Assembly (NCBI RefSeq): GCF_018350175.1 | Contig: NC_058368.1 | Span: forward strand, 14,200,001-14,264,000 | Length of the DNA: 64,000 nt | Source: Felis catus | Lineage: Eukaryota | Reading direction: 5' to 3' | Shown here: positions 52,608 through 64,000 of the stretch, in pieces | Numbering within the stretch: the stretch's first letter is position 1 | How the letters are laid out: every line of letters begins with the position of its first letter | Position numbers and translations under genes: made by a program | Notes under the pieces: generated by a model | The model's database searches: none | Seen by the model: only the letters and a program-made list of their open reading frames with translations | What the model was told of the DNA's origin: nothing

Positions 52608-53469
52608 CAGTAAAATCTTGGTTTGCAAGCATAATTCATTCTGGAAACGTGTGTAATCCAAAGCACTCATATATCAAAGTAAATTTCCCCATAAGAAATA
52701 ATGGGAACTCAGATGATTCATTCCACAACCCAAAAATATTCATATAGAAATGATTACAACACTGTAATATAATATAAAATAATAAAGAAAAAAAATATAA
52801 AGAAAAAATAAAACATTAACTTGCCCCTACCTTTGAAAATCTTTGTGACTGGTGTGAGAGAGAGGAGGGTTATTGTGTAGGATGACTTTCACTATCACTG
52901 ATGGAATCACTGCTGTCTATTGGCTCAATGGAATCTTTTTCTGCATAGGGCCATTGTATACACTCACACAGATGTTTACCACAGTACAGTTTTAATAAAC
53001 TCTTGTGATATACTGTATTTAATGTAACTGGCAATAAGGCAACAGAGGAAAGCGTCTATATCTGCAGGCAGCCTGACCTGGAATGAAGCAAAGCATTCTA
53101 AGCTTACTCTTATATGGAGCAGCAAGGACTGTCCCTAGATGTTTTGAAGTGACAAAAACTACACTAGTGCCGATTGTGGGCACCTTCCAACATTCTGAAT
53201 AATCACTGATTTCTGCCAAACACCATGGCCTGAGACCAAACATCTGAGCATGGGACATAATTACCCACAATCCCTCAGCGAGAGAGGGAGAGAGAGAGGT
53301 AGAGAAGAACCATTGGTTCATTTATGATCATGATCATGTGACAGTTGGCATCACGTACTACTTGTATTGCCAGACATCACTCATTTATCAAGTTAAAATT
53401 TATTAGAAATGTTTGCTCATCTTGCGGAACACTGGTAGAACAAGTTACTCGCAATCCAAGGATTTACTC
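52608..53469. mobile_element. Non-autonomous Tc1/mariner (Tigger-like) DNA transposon, 862 bp
   Basis: TIRs CAGTAAAATCTTGGTTTGCAAG versus reverse complement GAGTAAATCCTTGGATTGCGAG (17/22 identical); TA on both sides. Confidence 0.85.
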
Positions 53470-53552
53470 TAAATAAACATTTTTTTAAAAACTAGGTAGA
53501 GAAAAACTGGACCAGTGAATGAATGTCAGTGTTAGAACTGAATTTAGAAACA

Positions 53553-53754
53553 ATTTTTAATGTTTATTTATTTTTGAGAGAGAGAGAGTTGCAGCACGAG
53601 CGGGGGAGGGGCAAAGAGAGAGGGAGACACAGAATCTGAAGCAGGCTCCAAGCCGTCAGCACAGATCACGATGCGAGGCTTGAACCCACAAACTGCAAGA
53701 TCGTGACCTGAGCCAAAGTCAGACGTTCAACCAAATGAGCCACCCAGGCACCCC
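53553..53754 (-). mobile_element. CAN-SINE
   Basis: TSD ttagaactgaattt / ttagaactaaattt. Confidence 0.92.
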
Positions 53755-54247
53755 ATTAGAACTAAATTTTAAAAGGACAATGGTAAAAGAACAGACATTA
53801 ATTTGTAAGTTTGCCCTTTAAGAAAAACCGGAAAGACTTGAGTTAACTTCAAATATCCTATGATTATTTTTAACACAGTAATTGCTTACTGCAAAAGAAA
53901 AGAATGTAAAAAGACCTAATCCCTGTTCATAATTGGAAAAATGAAAAGAATTAATGTTAGAATGCCCACAATGGAGGAGAGCACTAGTAAACACAGAGGT
54001 TTTACTTCAAAAAATATTGTTGGTTAATGAAGATGCAATGCAAATATAAAATTAGGAGAATTATTTTTTTTAATTATGATCTGAAGCAAAGAACTTAATT
54101 TTTCTGAACCTTGGTTTCTTATGTTTAAAAATCAAAATAATATGTATCTCCAAGGTTTCTTGTGAGAATTGAGTATTATGTGTAAATTACCTATTTTATT
54201 ACCTAGCTCTCAATAACTGGTTTGGTGACAGCTATTATGATCAATAT

Positions 54248-54320
54248 CTTCTTCCTCCTCCTCTTCTCCTCCTTCTCCTCCTTCTTCTCTTCCTTCGTCA
54301 TCATCATCATCATGATCGTC
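54248..54320. repeat. Low-complexity (CTC/CTT)n(CAT)n tract
   Basis: Read directly. Confidence 0.8.
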
Positions 54321-54707
54321 ATGTGGCTTAAACAAACAACCATTTTTTAATCTCTCATTGTTCTCATTGACTGGGCTCAGCTAAGCTGTTCCTTTGCACC
54401 ACTCTGTGGAGCTGTCTGGTACTGTAATCACTTGGGAGGCTGGCTCTGGGCTGGGAGTTCAACTAGGCCTGGGAGCCTAACGTCCTCTCTTCTCTTCCTT
54501 GAGGCTCTCCACGTAATATGAGCTTCACTCAGCATTGCAGCAGATTCTACAAGACAGGTTTCCAAGAAAGAAAGGCAAAAGCTTCAAGGCATCTTATACC
54601 CTAGGCTCAGAAGTTACAACACTTCACTTCTGCTATATATTCTGTTGGTCACAGGAAGTCACCAGGCATATCTAGGGGAGCAGAAACTCTTCATTTTTAA
54701 AGAAATA

Positions 54708-54953
54708 TTTTTATTTTTATTTTTTTATTTTTATTTTTTTCCTTTTTACAACGTTTATTTATTTTTGGGACAGAGAGAGACAGAGCATGAACGGGGGGGA
54801 GGGGCAGAGAGAGAGGGAGACACAGAATCGGAAACAGGCTCCAGGCTCTGAGCCATCAGCCCAGAGCCCGACGCGGGGCTCGAACTCACGGACCGCGGGA
54901 TCGTGACCTGGTTGAAGTCGGACGCTTAACCGACTGCGCCACCCAGGCGCCCC
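54708..54953 (-). mobile_element. Young SINEC_Fc-type SINE inserted in the tail of the older SINE
   Basis: CpGs intact; TSD taaagaaatattttta / taaagaattattttta. Confidence 0.93.
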
Positions 54954-54961
54954 TAAAGAAT

Positions 54962-55141
54962 TATTTTTAAATGTTTATTTACTTTGAGAGAGAGAGGGAG
55001 GTTGAAAATCCCAAGCAGGCTCCATGCTGTTAGCGCAGAGCCTGTTGTCAGGCTTGCTCTCATGAACTGAAACCATGAGGTCATGACCTGAGCTGAAATC
55101 AAGAGTTGAGTGCTTAACCAACTGAGCCACCCAGATGCCCC
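54962..55141 (-). mobile_element. Older CAN-SINE
   Basis: catgacctgagctgaaatcaagagt...actgagccacccagatgccc. Confidence 0.9.
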
Positions 55142-55979
55142 AACATTGCTCTTTTCCACGGAGCAATAACAGTATCACACTGCAAAAGAGTATGTGGGAT
55201 GGGAGATATTGTTGCAACCATCTTTGGAAATAAGCTTTGCTCCATGCTATCAAATAAGTATGAAGAGGCCCCCTGTGCGCTCCCACTTAAGGAAGGATCT
55301 TCAGATATATTGCTAAGTGAGAAAAGCCAGGTATAGAAAAGACTGTGTAATATACTAATATTGGTGTAAGGATGTGGAAAAGAACATTTGTATTTTCTTA
55401 CGTATTTTTAAAAGCCTCTGAAAACATATGCAAGAAACTGTCAACAGCAAGTGCCTGATGAGGTTGGAAATCAGGTCAAGAGGTAATATCGTGAGAGGCT
55501 TTTCACTATATGTCTTAAACTTTTTGAAAACAATTTGAATATTCAAATAACTTTGTTAAAAAGTTGAGTGCATAGGTTTCCTAATATATGATTATCTAGC
55601 TTTTGTGTGAAAGTTTACTTCCAAGATAGTAAAGTCTATTGTTTTAACCATTTCCTTCAAAGATAGGGCATTCTGTTGTTTTAACCATTTAAAATACTAA
55701 TAAAAAACCTTGATTTTTTTTTTTGCATTAACTAATTTTATTGAATTAATTGAATCATTCATTCACAAGATACACTATTGAACAGAGGCATTGTTGTAAC
55801 AGTTTTATGGTACATTTCTATATTTCAAATGTCTTTGAATTATAATTTTGACTGTTAATTTCATAATGTAACTAAATTTTATGCATAATTAATATTTCAA
55901 ATACTGAAATTTGATTATTAAAAATTAGATTAACCAAAGATATTAGGAATAATAATTGCAAAGGTATCTTCCTTTTTAG

Positions 55980-56088
55980 ATTACTATGCCACGCTATGAA
56001 GGACCATATAGTTCGTGTTGCAAATGAAGCTGAGTTTATTTTGAACAGACAGAGAGCTGAGGATGTACATAAACATGCAGAGTTTGAG
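55980..56088 (+). CDS. NBEA: Neurobeachin internal coding exon, 109 nt: (R)[36 protein letters not shown] (DUF1088 region)
   Basis: cttcctttttag acceptor; GAG|gtaagg donor; phase 2 to phase 0; overlaps ORF 55996..56214. Confidence 0.96.
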
Positions 56089-58143
56089 GTAAGGGTTTGG
56101 TGGCAGATTAAATTCTGCTTCTCTGTTATAAGTCAGCTGTCTCTGATGGTAACCTTACATAAGTTTTTTTTACAGGAAAATTTCATTCAAATAATTTTGG
56201 TCCTTTTTTTTTAAGGCTTTAGTAAATACCAAACACAGAGCACTAATTTTCATCTCATTTACAACATGGAGAGATCCCTCTTACCTTGTGCCTAACCCTT
56301 TAGTAGACTGAAGTTTTTCTAAAGTACTCTTAAAGGCAAATAAAATTTTAGAATGCAATTACCTTAGTAATTTTTAAACTAGCAGAGTTTATACACTACT
56401 AAATGTGGGTTTAACAAGTGGTTATATAAAAATACTCAGTTTTTCCATGTATTCAGTAATTTATTATTTATCAATGTATCCATCTTTAGAGTGGCCAAAG
56501 ATCATTGCAGTTCATGTTTTATTGTTATAATTGATATTTTATTGACAATTGAAGGATTGCTATTATGTGATATGCTTGCAGATCGATACGTATATCTGGG
56601 AATATATAATTTAAATTTAAATATGTAATTTTATAATATATAAATATATAAATTTAAATATATAATTTAAAAATCCTCACAAGTCCCATGACTAAAGAAA
56701 AAATTAAGTATCATTTCTATTTTATATGAAAAAACTAAAGTATATTGAAATACTGTATATTCCATACTAACAGGTTTTATATACAAATATTATTTTTATA
56801 TTTCTAGCGTGTCAAATTATTTACCATTATTTGAATTTCCTCCATTCAGTATCCTGATTTCAGTGTTTTAAATTACAGCAATTACTTCATTCAATTTGCA
56901 AAACAAACTTGGTTTCAGAAATAATCAGGTGACTTGGTATTTGGCTTAGGTTGAACTGCCATTGGCCTTGAAAATAATAAATAACCATCCATTTATTTTC
57001 CTGATGCCACATGCGAACAAGTGTGGCGTGGCTAGAAATCAGAGCCCAAGATTTCAGTTTTGATGAGGTTTTTATCTCGGTAAACCAGCTCTCTTAGTCA
57101 TGCGCATTGATGCCCTAGGTCTAGTAATCTCTGACCTCGCTGGCTGAAAAGCATGAGACAGAGAAATAGCTGTTGTCACTTCCATACTCTTAACCTCTGC
57201 TTCATTTGTCAGATGAGACAGCACACACTTGTCATGTGAGATCGCAACTACCTTATTTTGAAAAAAAAATACCAAATATTTTAAACTTTGATAAAAGCAC
57301 GTGGACAATTGAGTGTATATCAAAGTGAAGCTTCATATCTCTTCAACAATAAATACCATTGGGCATTTATCAGGGGGTCCTGTTGTAATCTGGATGTCAA
57401 GAAAATTCTGAGTTATCTGTTCTTTGACAAATATGTTTAGATATAAGATATATCAGGACTTTAAACAAAATAAGAATATTCAATTAAGCATTGACTTCCG
57501 TTAGTAAATAAGATTTAGAAAATTAACTGAATTCCCTGCAAGATGAATTTTGAGGCATTCATATTTCTAGTAAGAAAATCTAGATGCTTTGTGGGGATAT
57601 AAGAAGATCAATATTTGTCATGTGAAAACATTTAAAATAGATTCTCAAGCAGCTAGGTATCAGTAACAAGCTTTAACACATATTTAACGAAGGTGAAAAT
57701 TAAGCTGAAGGCAGTGTTTCTCAGCCTTTTTTTCATTATTGCCCCCTAAGCAAGCCTTTTAGACCATTTTCACTCTAATCACCCCCTCTCCATAAAATTT
57801 TGTATCTACTAATATGCTGTATATCTGTTTATGTACTATATACACATCTGTGCTTTACACATAAAAAGAATACAATTTTTTCACACACACACCCCCCTCG
57901 CAATACCACTTTTCACCCCCTGGGGATGAGATCATTCCTATTGAGAATGCATGGCTAAGAGTGATAAGAGGCCATGAAGTGGATGTGAAGACTCAGTGTT
58001 TTTTAGAATTATGTAAACATAAAATAAAATACTACTGTAAATCAAATTGGAGAGTATTATCCTTGTTATTTAATGGATTATACTGTTTTTTTAACTAAAA
58101 TGTTTGTTCTTTTTAGGTTAGAGCTGTCTTAGTAAATGCATTG

Positions 58144-58144
<1 letters not shown>

Positions 58145-58183
<39 letters not shown>
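58145..58183. repeat. (TG)n microsatellite
   Basis: Read directly. Confidence 0.92.
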
Positions 58184-58185
<2 letters not shown>

Positions 58186-59566
58186 CACCATTTACCACTT
58201 TTAAGTTATAAAAAATTTCACAAAAGCCATGGCATTTTACTAGGCCTTTTTGGGGGAATTTCTCTCTCTCCCATATAAGCTTGTATTTAACAGATAAAGT
58301 ATATTTAATTTGAGATGGGTACCTCATAGTTAAGTTTTTTTTTAGTTAACCATTGTAATTGTTAAGGAAGAAAAATGAAAATTTAATTTTGCTCTCCAAT
58401 GAGCTAATGAAATATTAACCTCATTATGGAGGCAGATCATTGTACTAATTGGTGATTCCCTGTACAAAAAGATAAATTGGAAAATGAATTAATCCTCCTT
58501 AGATTACTGTAGGGTTATTTCTCTGAAAGAGATAACTTGTGGTAGTAGTGGATAGAATAGACAGACTGAAGGGATATGTTCAAATACCTTCCTTGAAACG
58601 GATTTTTACATAGTAAAGATGAATGTGAGCCAATTATATGTATTTTTTTTAGATGTGAGACTTTTTTTCTTCTAGTTATAAGACTCATATTACATACTTG
58701 GTAATGTTAAAATTTACAGTGAATCCACCCGATATAAAAATCACTATACAAAAAAAATCACACTCATAATTAAAGAGATGCTCATCTTCATCATCATATT
58801 GAACCTTTTTTATACACAGTGGGATTGATTAGCTTTGTTGCTAATGCCAGTGAACATGAATACAGTAGCCGACAGAACAACTGATTATTAGGAAAGATAA
58901 GAATAAGATAGTTGTTATCCTGAGAACCTTTGAACACATTAAATACTAGGATTGGGAAGGATTGTAGAGAAAAAGCTTACCTTATTATTTTACAAATATG
59001 AAACTGAGTATGATGATGAAATAAAACAATTTTCATAAAGTGTGAAATAAAATGCAAGCCTAAATTCCTAAATCACTGCTTTTCCTTGTACATCGCATTG
59101 CCATTTATGAGATGGAAATATTAATTAAATGGCAAGTTTTGGATCTCTATATAACTATCAGGAATGTAACTCTTTATTTTAAGTGCAATATATACTATAT
59201 TGGTTAAAATAATAATTAGATTTACATTCTTAATAAACCATTATTCTAAAATGTTTTTTTTTTTTAATGTATTAGCAACAGACTCAGAATTTTGGGAGCC
59301 TTAAATGTCATTAATTGCTTTATATAACATCATCCAAATTATCTTCCATATACTTTATGTATAAACACATAGGACACATTTTTACCAATTTAAAAAGTAA
59401 TTATAATGACTATATTCTTTAGAATAAATTTTCACAAGATTGGATTATCTGAGTTTTTAAAATTGAATTATTACCCTTTAACTGAAGGTTAGATAATATT
59501 CCTTACTTAGCCATAGCAGAAGTTATGCATTGTTAAACATTATGTACTGTTTGTATGTTTTTATAG

Positions 59567-59733
59567 TCTCAGTGTGCCCAGTATGCTGCTGATAGAAGAG
59601 AGGAAGAAAAGATGTGTGACCATCTTATAAGTGCCGCTAAACATCGAGATCACGTTACGGCAAACCAACTGAAACAGAAGATCCTCAATATTCTCACAAA
59701 CAAGCATGGCGCTTGGGGAGCAGTTTCTCATAG
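59567..59733 (+). CDS. NBEA: Neurobeachin internal coding exon, 167 nt: [55 protein letters not shown](S)
   Basis: ttttatag acceptor; TAG|gtgagt donor; phase 0 to phase 2; residues ISAAKH, NQLKQK and GAVSH match my recollection of NBEA rather than its paralogue LRBA. Confidence 0.95.
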
Positions 59734-60614
59734 GTGAGTAATAAGATTACAAGTAAATAATAATTCACAAGTTATTTATAATAGAAGTTTTAAAAACGTC
59801 TACAAACTTTAAAATTATCTAGAAAATATGATTTAAAGCATAAAAAATTGCTTGATTTTTTCCCTGATATTTTTAGTAATTCCTCTTTAGAATCCTTTGG
59901 AAGAAAAGCTAAACTTTTAACAGAAGCTCCAGTGGAAGTTATTTCTAATTTAATCCTAATACACAACATCATAAAAAAATTAGGCAAGTATTTTAGACTA
60001 CTGTCTCTTACATGATGATGTGTGTTAATTCTAAGAAGTGGCTCTTTTTTTCATGTTTCAAGAGTCAACTCTTCCTACTTATTAAATTTATATCATTCTG
60101 AATTTTTCTTATAAACAGGTAATAATATAAACATTTACTGTGGAGAGTTAATACGCCCTTTTTAGAAATTTTTTTCCGTATTTTTCTATTCGGTCTTTCT
60201 TGCGATGGATTTTCATTGCAGATTAGGACATTTGTGATATTATAGTGTAAGTAAAACCAAAATTGGTTGTTTATGGATTACAGATGTTCTCCTTGCTAAA
60301 GTGTTGTGGTGTAAAATTATTTTCTTTATTTTCTCTACACAATGAAGTTTTCTAGAAAAATAATAATGAAGCAGATCACTATATTTAGATTGCTAATATT
60401 ATTCATTTTTATATCTTCATTTTATTTGTTCCCATTAATTGCTTTTAAGTGTTTAGCAGAGTTTAGGGGTTGGTTAATTGTGGACAGGACACTACTAAGA
60501 AGAATTCTGATAGAAGCAATTCTATTAGTTAGGGAAGAACATCTAGAATATGACGAGGATAGTGTTTGATCATCTGACCTGGTATTTCAAGTGTAAGATA
60601 GATTTAGTAAATCT

Positions 60615-60844
60615 TTTTTTTATTTTTTTATTTTTTAATGTTTATTTTATTTTTGAGAGAGAGAGAGAGAGAGACATAGTGTGAGTGGGGGAGGAGCAGA
60701 GAGAGGTAGACACAGAATCTGAAGCAGGCTCCAGGCTCTGAGCTGTCAGCACCGAGCCTGATGCGGGGCTCGAACCTGCGAACCGTGGGATCGTGACCTG
60801 AGCCGAAGTCAGACACCCAACTGGCTGAGCCACCCAGGAGCCCC
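60615..60844 (-). mobile_element. CAN-SINE
   Basis: TSD tagtaaatcttt on both sides. Confidence 0.92.
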
Positions 60845-61039
60845 ACCCTAGTAAATCTTTATTATTTTTGCATTTAAGGTAATACTAAGAACCTTACGTG
60901 AATTATTTCATTAAACCTTCATAACATCTCTACTTAGATTGATACTCAAACGTTTTCCATATTACATTGAGAAAACTGAAGCTTTCAGAGGTTACATAAA
61001 ACTTACATAGTATCACACAGCTTATACAAAAAGAGACAT

Positions 61040-61270
61040 TGTTCCAGTCAGGGTTCTCCAGAGAAACACAGAAACAGAACCAATGGGATATATGTGAGAC
61101 ACAGAGATATACGTATAGGTATAGGTATAGGTATAGGTATAGGTATAGGTATAGGTATAGGTATAGATATAGATATAGATATAGATATAGATATAGATAT
61201 AGATATAGATATACAGATTTATTTTAAAGAATTGGCTCACATGATTGTCAAGGCTGGTAAATCTGAAATA
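61040..61270. mobile_element. MLT2-like (ERVL) LTR fragment containing an (ATAGGT)n(ATAGAT)n expansion at about 61112-61212
   Basis: agtcagggttctccagagaaac...agaaccaatggga and gatttattttaaagaattggctcacatgattg flank the repeat. Confidence 0.75.
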
Positions 61271-62009
61271 ACGTATTCCAGTCACTACGGCTTTCTCCTA
61301 TTTTTTTAGGCTTTTGGGACATGCTTACTCTACTTAGAATGCTTTTTCCCAAACATTCTATGCAGCTAGCTCTCCTACTTTCTTCCAGTTTTAATTCAAA
61401 TGGTACTTTCTCAAAGGAGTCTTCTGTAGCCACTCTGTCTAAAATTCTGCTTCTTCCCCCAACTATTTTATATTGTATTTTTCTGCTTTATTTTTCCTTT
61501 CCAACATTTATTTCTATCTTACGCATTATATCCTTTACTTATTTGTCACTTGTATTGTTTTGTGTCCCACCAGCATCCAATTCCATAAGGGAAGGGATTT
61601 TCTCTCTTTTGTCCACAGTAATATACCTAGCACCTAGAATAATGCCTGATACATGTAGATGTTAAATAAATATCCATTGACTAAGTTAATAAATGAATAC
61701 TTAATGTATACCCTTTTTTACAGTGATACTGGGGATGAGTAGAAAAATAAATTAGTCTATTGTCTGGGACAATTTTATATTTTAAATGAAATTATTTTAT
61801 TAAATGACAAAATGTACTTATCCTTGCATAAAACCAAAGTTCAATTCATCTGGGAATTAGGATGAACAATTCCTGTATCATTGGGTTATTTTAATGGTAA
61901 AATAAAACATGCAAAATACTTAACACGATGTCTAACGCAGAGTAGACTTCTCATATTTGTTAGTCTCTCTTCTTTTTTGGTAGCTCTTTGAAAAAGACTT
62001 TAAAAAGAC

Positions 62010-63720
62010 TTATTTTTTTAGAGCAGTTTTAGGTTTACAACAGAGATCTCCCTTATATCCTCTCCCAACACACATGTGTACCCTCCCCCATAATCAAGGT
62101 CATTCATCCAAATTGTACATGTTACCAAGAATGAACCTACATTGACACATCATAATCACCCAGTCCATAGTCTACCTAAGGGTTCACTCTTGGCGTTGTA
62201 TATTCTGTGGCTCAGGACAAATATGTGATGACATATATCCATCATTTTAATATCATACATAGTATTAAATTTTATTTATTTATTTATTTATTTGTTTTTT
62301 ACATTTATTTATTTTTGAGAGACAGAGCATGAGCAGGGGAGGGGCAGAAAGAGAGGGAGACACAGAATCAGAAGCAGGCTCCAGGCTCCAAGCTGTCAGC
62401 ACAGAGCCCGACGCGGGGCTCAAACCCACAAACCGTGAGATCAAGACCTGAGCCAAAGTCAGACACTCAACCTACTAAGCCATCCAGGCACCCCCATACA
62501 TAGTATTTTAACTGCCCTAAAAATTCTGTGTTCTGCCTATTCATCTGTCTTTTCCCCACCCCTGGCAACCACTAATTTTTTTTTTAATTTTATCCACAGT
62601 TTTGCCTTCTCCAGAATGTCATATAGTTGAAATCATACAGTATGTAACCTTTTCAGACTGAATTCTTTTACTTAGTTACATGCAATTAAGGTTCCTCCAT
62701 GTCCTTTCATGGCTTGATGGCTCATTTTCTTTTAGCACTGCATAGTATTCCATTGTCTGGATGTATTTATCCATTCACCCAGTGTATTTATCCATTCACC
62801 TACTAAAGAGCATCTTGTTTGTTTCCAAGTTTTGGCAGCTGTAAATAAAGCTGCTGTAAACATCCATGTACAGGTTTTTGTGTAGGCATTGGTTTTCAGC
62901 TCCTTTGGGTAAATACCAAAAGGCATGATGCTGGATGGTATGGTAAGAGTATGTTTAGTTTTACAAGAAACCACCGGAGTATCTTCAAAGTGGCTACAAC
63001 AGTTTGCATTCTCAGCACCAATATATAAGAATTGCTATTGTTCTCCCTTCTTGCCAGCATTAGGTATTGTCAGAATTCCAGATTTTGGCCAATCAAATAG
63101 GTATATAGTGGTATCTCGTTTTGATATGCATATTCCTGATGACACATGATGTGGAACATCATGTCATGTGCTTATTTTCCATTTGTACATCTTTGGTGAG
63201 GTGTCTGTTAAGGATTTGGCCCATATTTTAATAAGGTTGTTTGTTTTCTTATTATTGAGTTCTAAGAATTCTTTGTATATTTTGCATAACAGTCCTCTAT
63301 CAGATGTGTTTTTTGCAAATATTTTCTCTCAGTCTGTGGCTTATTTTTTCATTGTCTTGATAGTGTCTTTTGTAGTGCAGAAGTTTTTAATTTTAACGAA
63401 GTCCAGTTTCTGTTATGTCTTCCATGGATAGTATCTTTGATGTTGTACCTAAAAAGTCACCACCAAAAAAAATAAATAATAATAATAATAATAATAATGA
63501 TAATAAATTTTAACAAGGCACCAACAGTACCAAACATCATCTAGGTTTCGATGTCATCTTCTAGGAGTTTTATGGTTTTACATTTTACAGTTAGGTTTGT
63601 GATCCATTTTTAGCTAATTTTTTTTCAAGTGTGTTAAGATTGTAGTCTATTTGTGGGCACTTTGTTCCACTGACCTATTTGTTCTTTCACCAATGCCTTA
63701 TTGTCTTGGCTAATGTAGCT
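62010..63720 (-). mobile_element. L1MC-like 3' end with a SINE at 62270-62495 and (AAT)n near 63470-63505
   Basis: ttttagagcagttttaggtttaca; cttctccagaatgtcatatagttgaaatcatacag; ttttgcaaatattttctctcagtctgtggctt. Confidence 0.85.
62270..62495 (-). mobile_element. CAN-SINE
   Basis: TSD atacatagtatt on both sides. Confidence 0.92.
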
Positions 63721-64000
63721 TTTCATAGTTCTATAAACTAATTTGTTCTTCTCCTTCCAACTTAAAAATTACTTCTTAAAGTAACTTCCCATGCCACTTA
63801 ATCACCCTCTAACTTGCAATATATAGCTCTAATCTATTGATTTTATTCATATAATGAACAGATAGCTCTTATTAGCATAGTGGGAAGCAAAGTAGAATAA
63901 CTCCCTCCCTCGCTTAGTTCATAGAAGTCCAATAGAAGAGACATATTACACGAACCAAATGATTATAGAAATAAAAGATGTAAAGGCAAACTTCGGCAAT

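Larger units (their letters stand above)
54322..55245. mobile_element. MLT1-type (ERVL-MaLR) LTR relic split by two SINEs
   Basis: tggcttaaacaaacaaccatt; ctaggctcagaagttacaacacttcacttctgc...attctgttggtcaca; gggagatattgttgcaaccatctttggaaa. Confidence 0.7.

Noticed and set aside
14672..59733. Assignment of the exons to the paralogue LRBA
   Set aside because: Residues such as SSTSVV, LLCHAMK, ISAAKH and GAVSH fit NBEA as I recall it; BLASTp would confirm
61022..61309. ORFs with YR, GI, DI and YT dipeptide repeats
   Set aside because: Produced by the hexamer microsatellite
1..64000. Nested MAB21L1 gene
   Set aside because: No long single-exon MAB21-like ORF appears in the ORF track; it lies in a more 3' NBEA intron

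Overview
AT-rich mammalian genomic DNA, very probably felid (cat-like), judged from about 30 carnivore tRNA-derived CAN-SINEs, some of the young SINEC_Fc type. The whole window lies inside neurobeachin (NBEA, + strand). Four internal coding exons (14672-14733, 34452-34516, 55980-56088, 59567-59733) splice in frame through GT-AG introns and encode [52 protein letters not shown]...[16 protein letters not shown]...HGAWGAVSH, the DUF1088 region upstream of the PH-BEACH domains. The rest is intron filled with SINEs, L1/HAL1/L2/MIR relics, LTR fragments, DNA transposons and microsatellites. Most ORF-track entries are spurious. The main oddities are: (1) a CpG-rich Ala/Pro/Glu hexamer-periodic, gene-like island at about 30.8-31.7 kb with a Kozak ATG and AATAAA; (2) a Tigger-like DNA transposon inserted at a TA inside a CAN-SINE tail; (3) a phase-symmetric exon pair whose 276-nt circle would have no stop codon; (4) a 34-nt cryptic exon 55 nt downstream of a real exon; (5) 139-bp and 74-bp tandem duplications. 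Repeat family names are from recall of consensus sequences, not from a search, and repeat boundaries are approximate. I found no firm evidence of a wholly new biological system; item (1) is the best candidate for follow-up.
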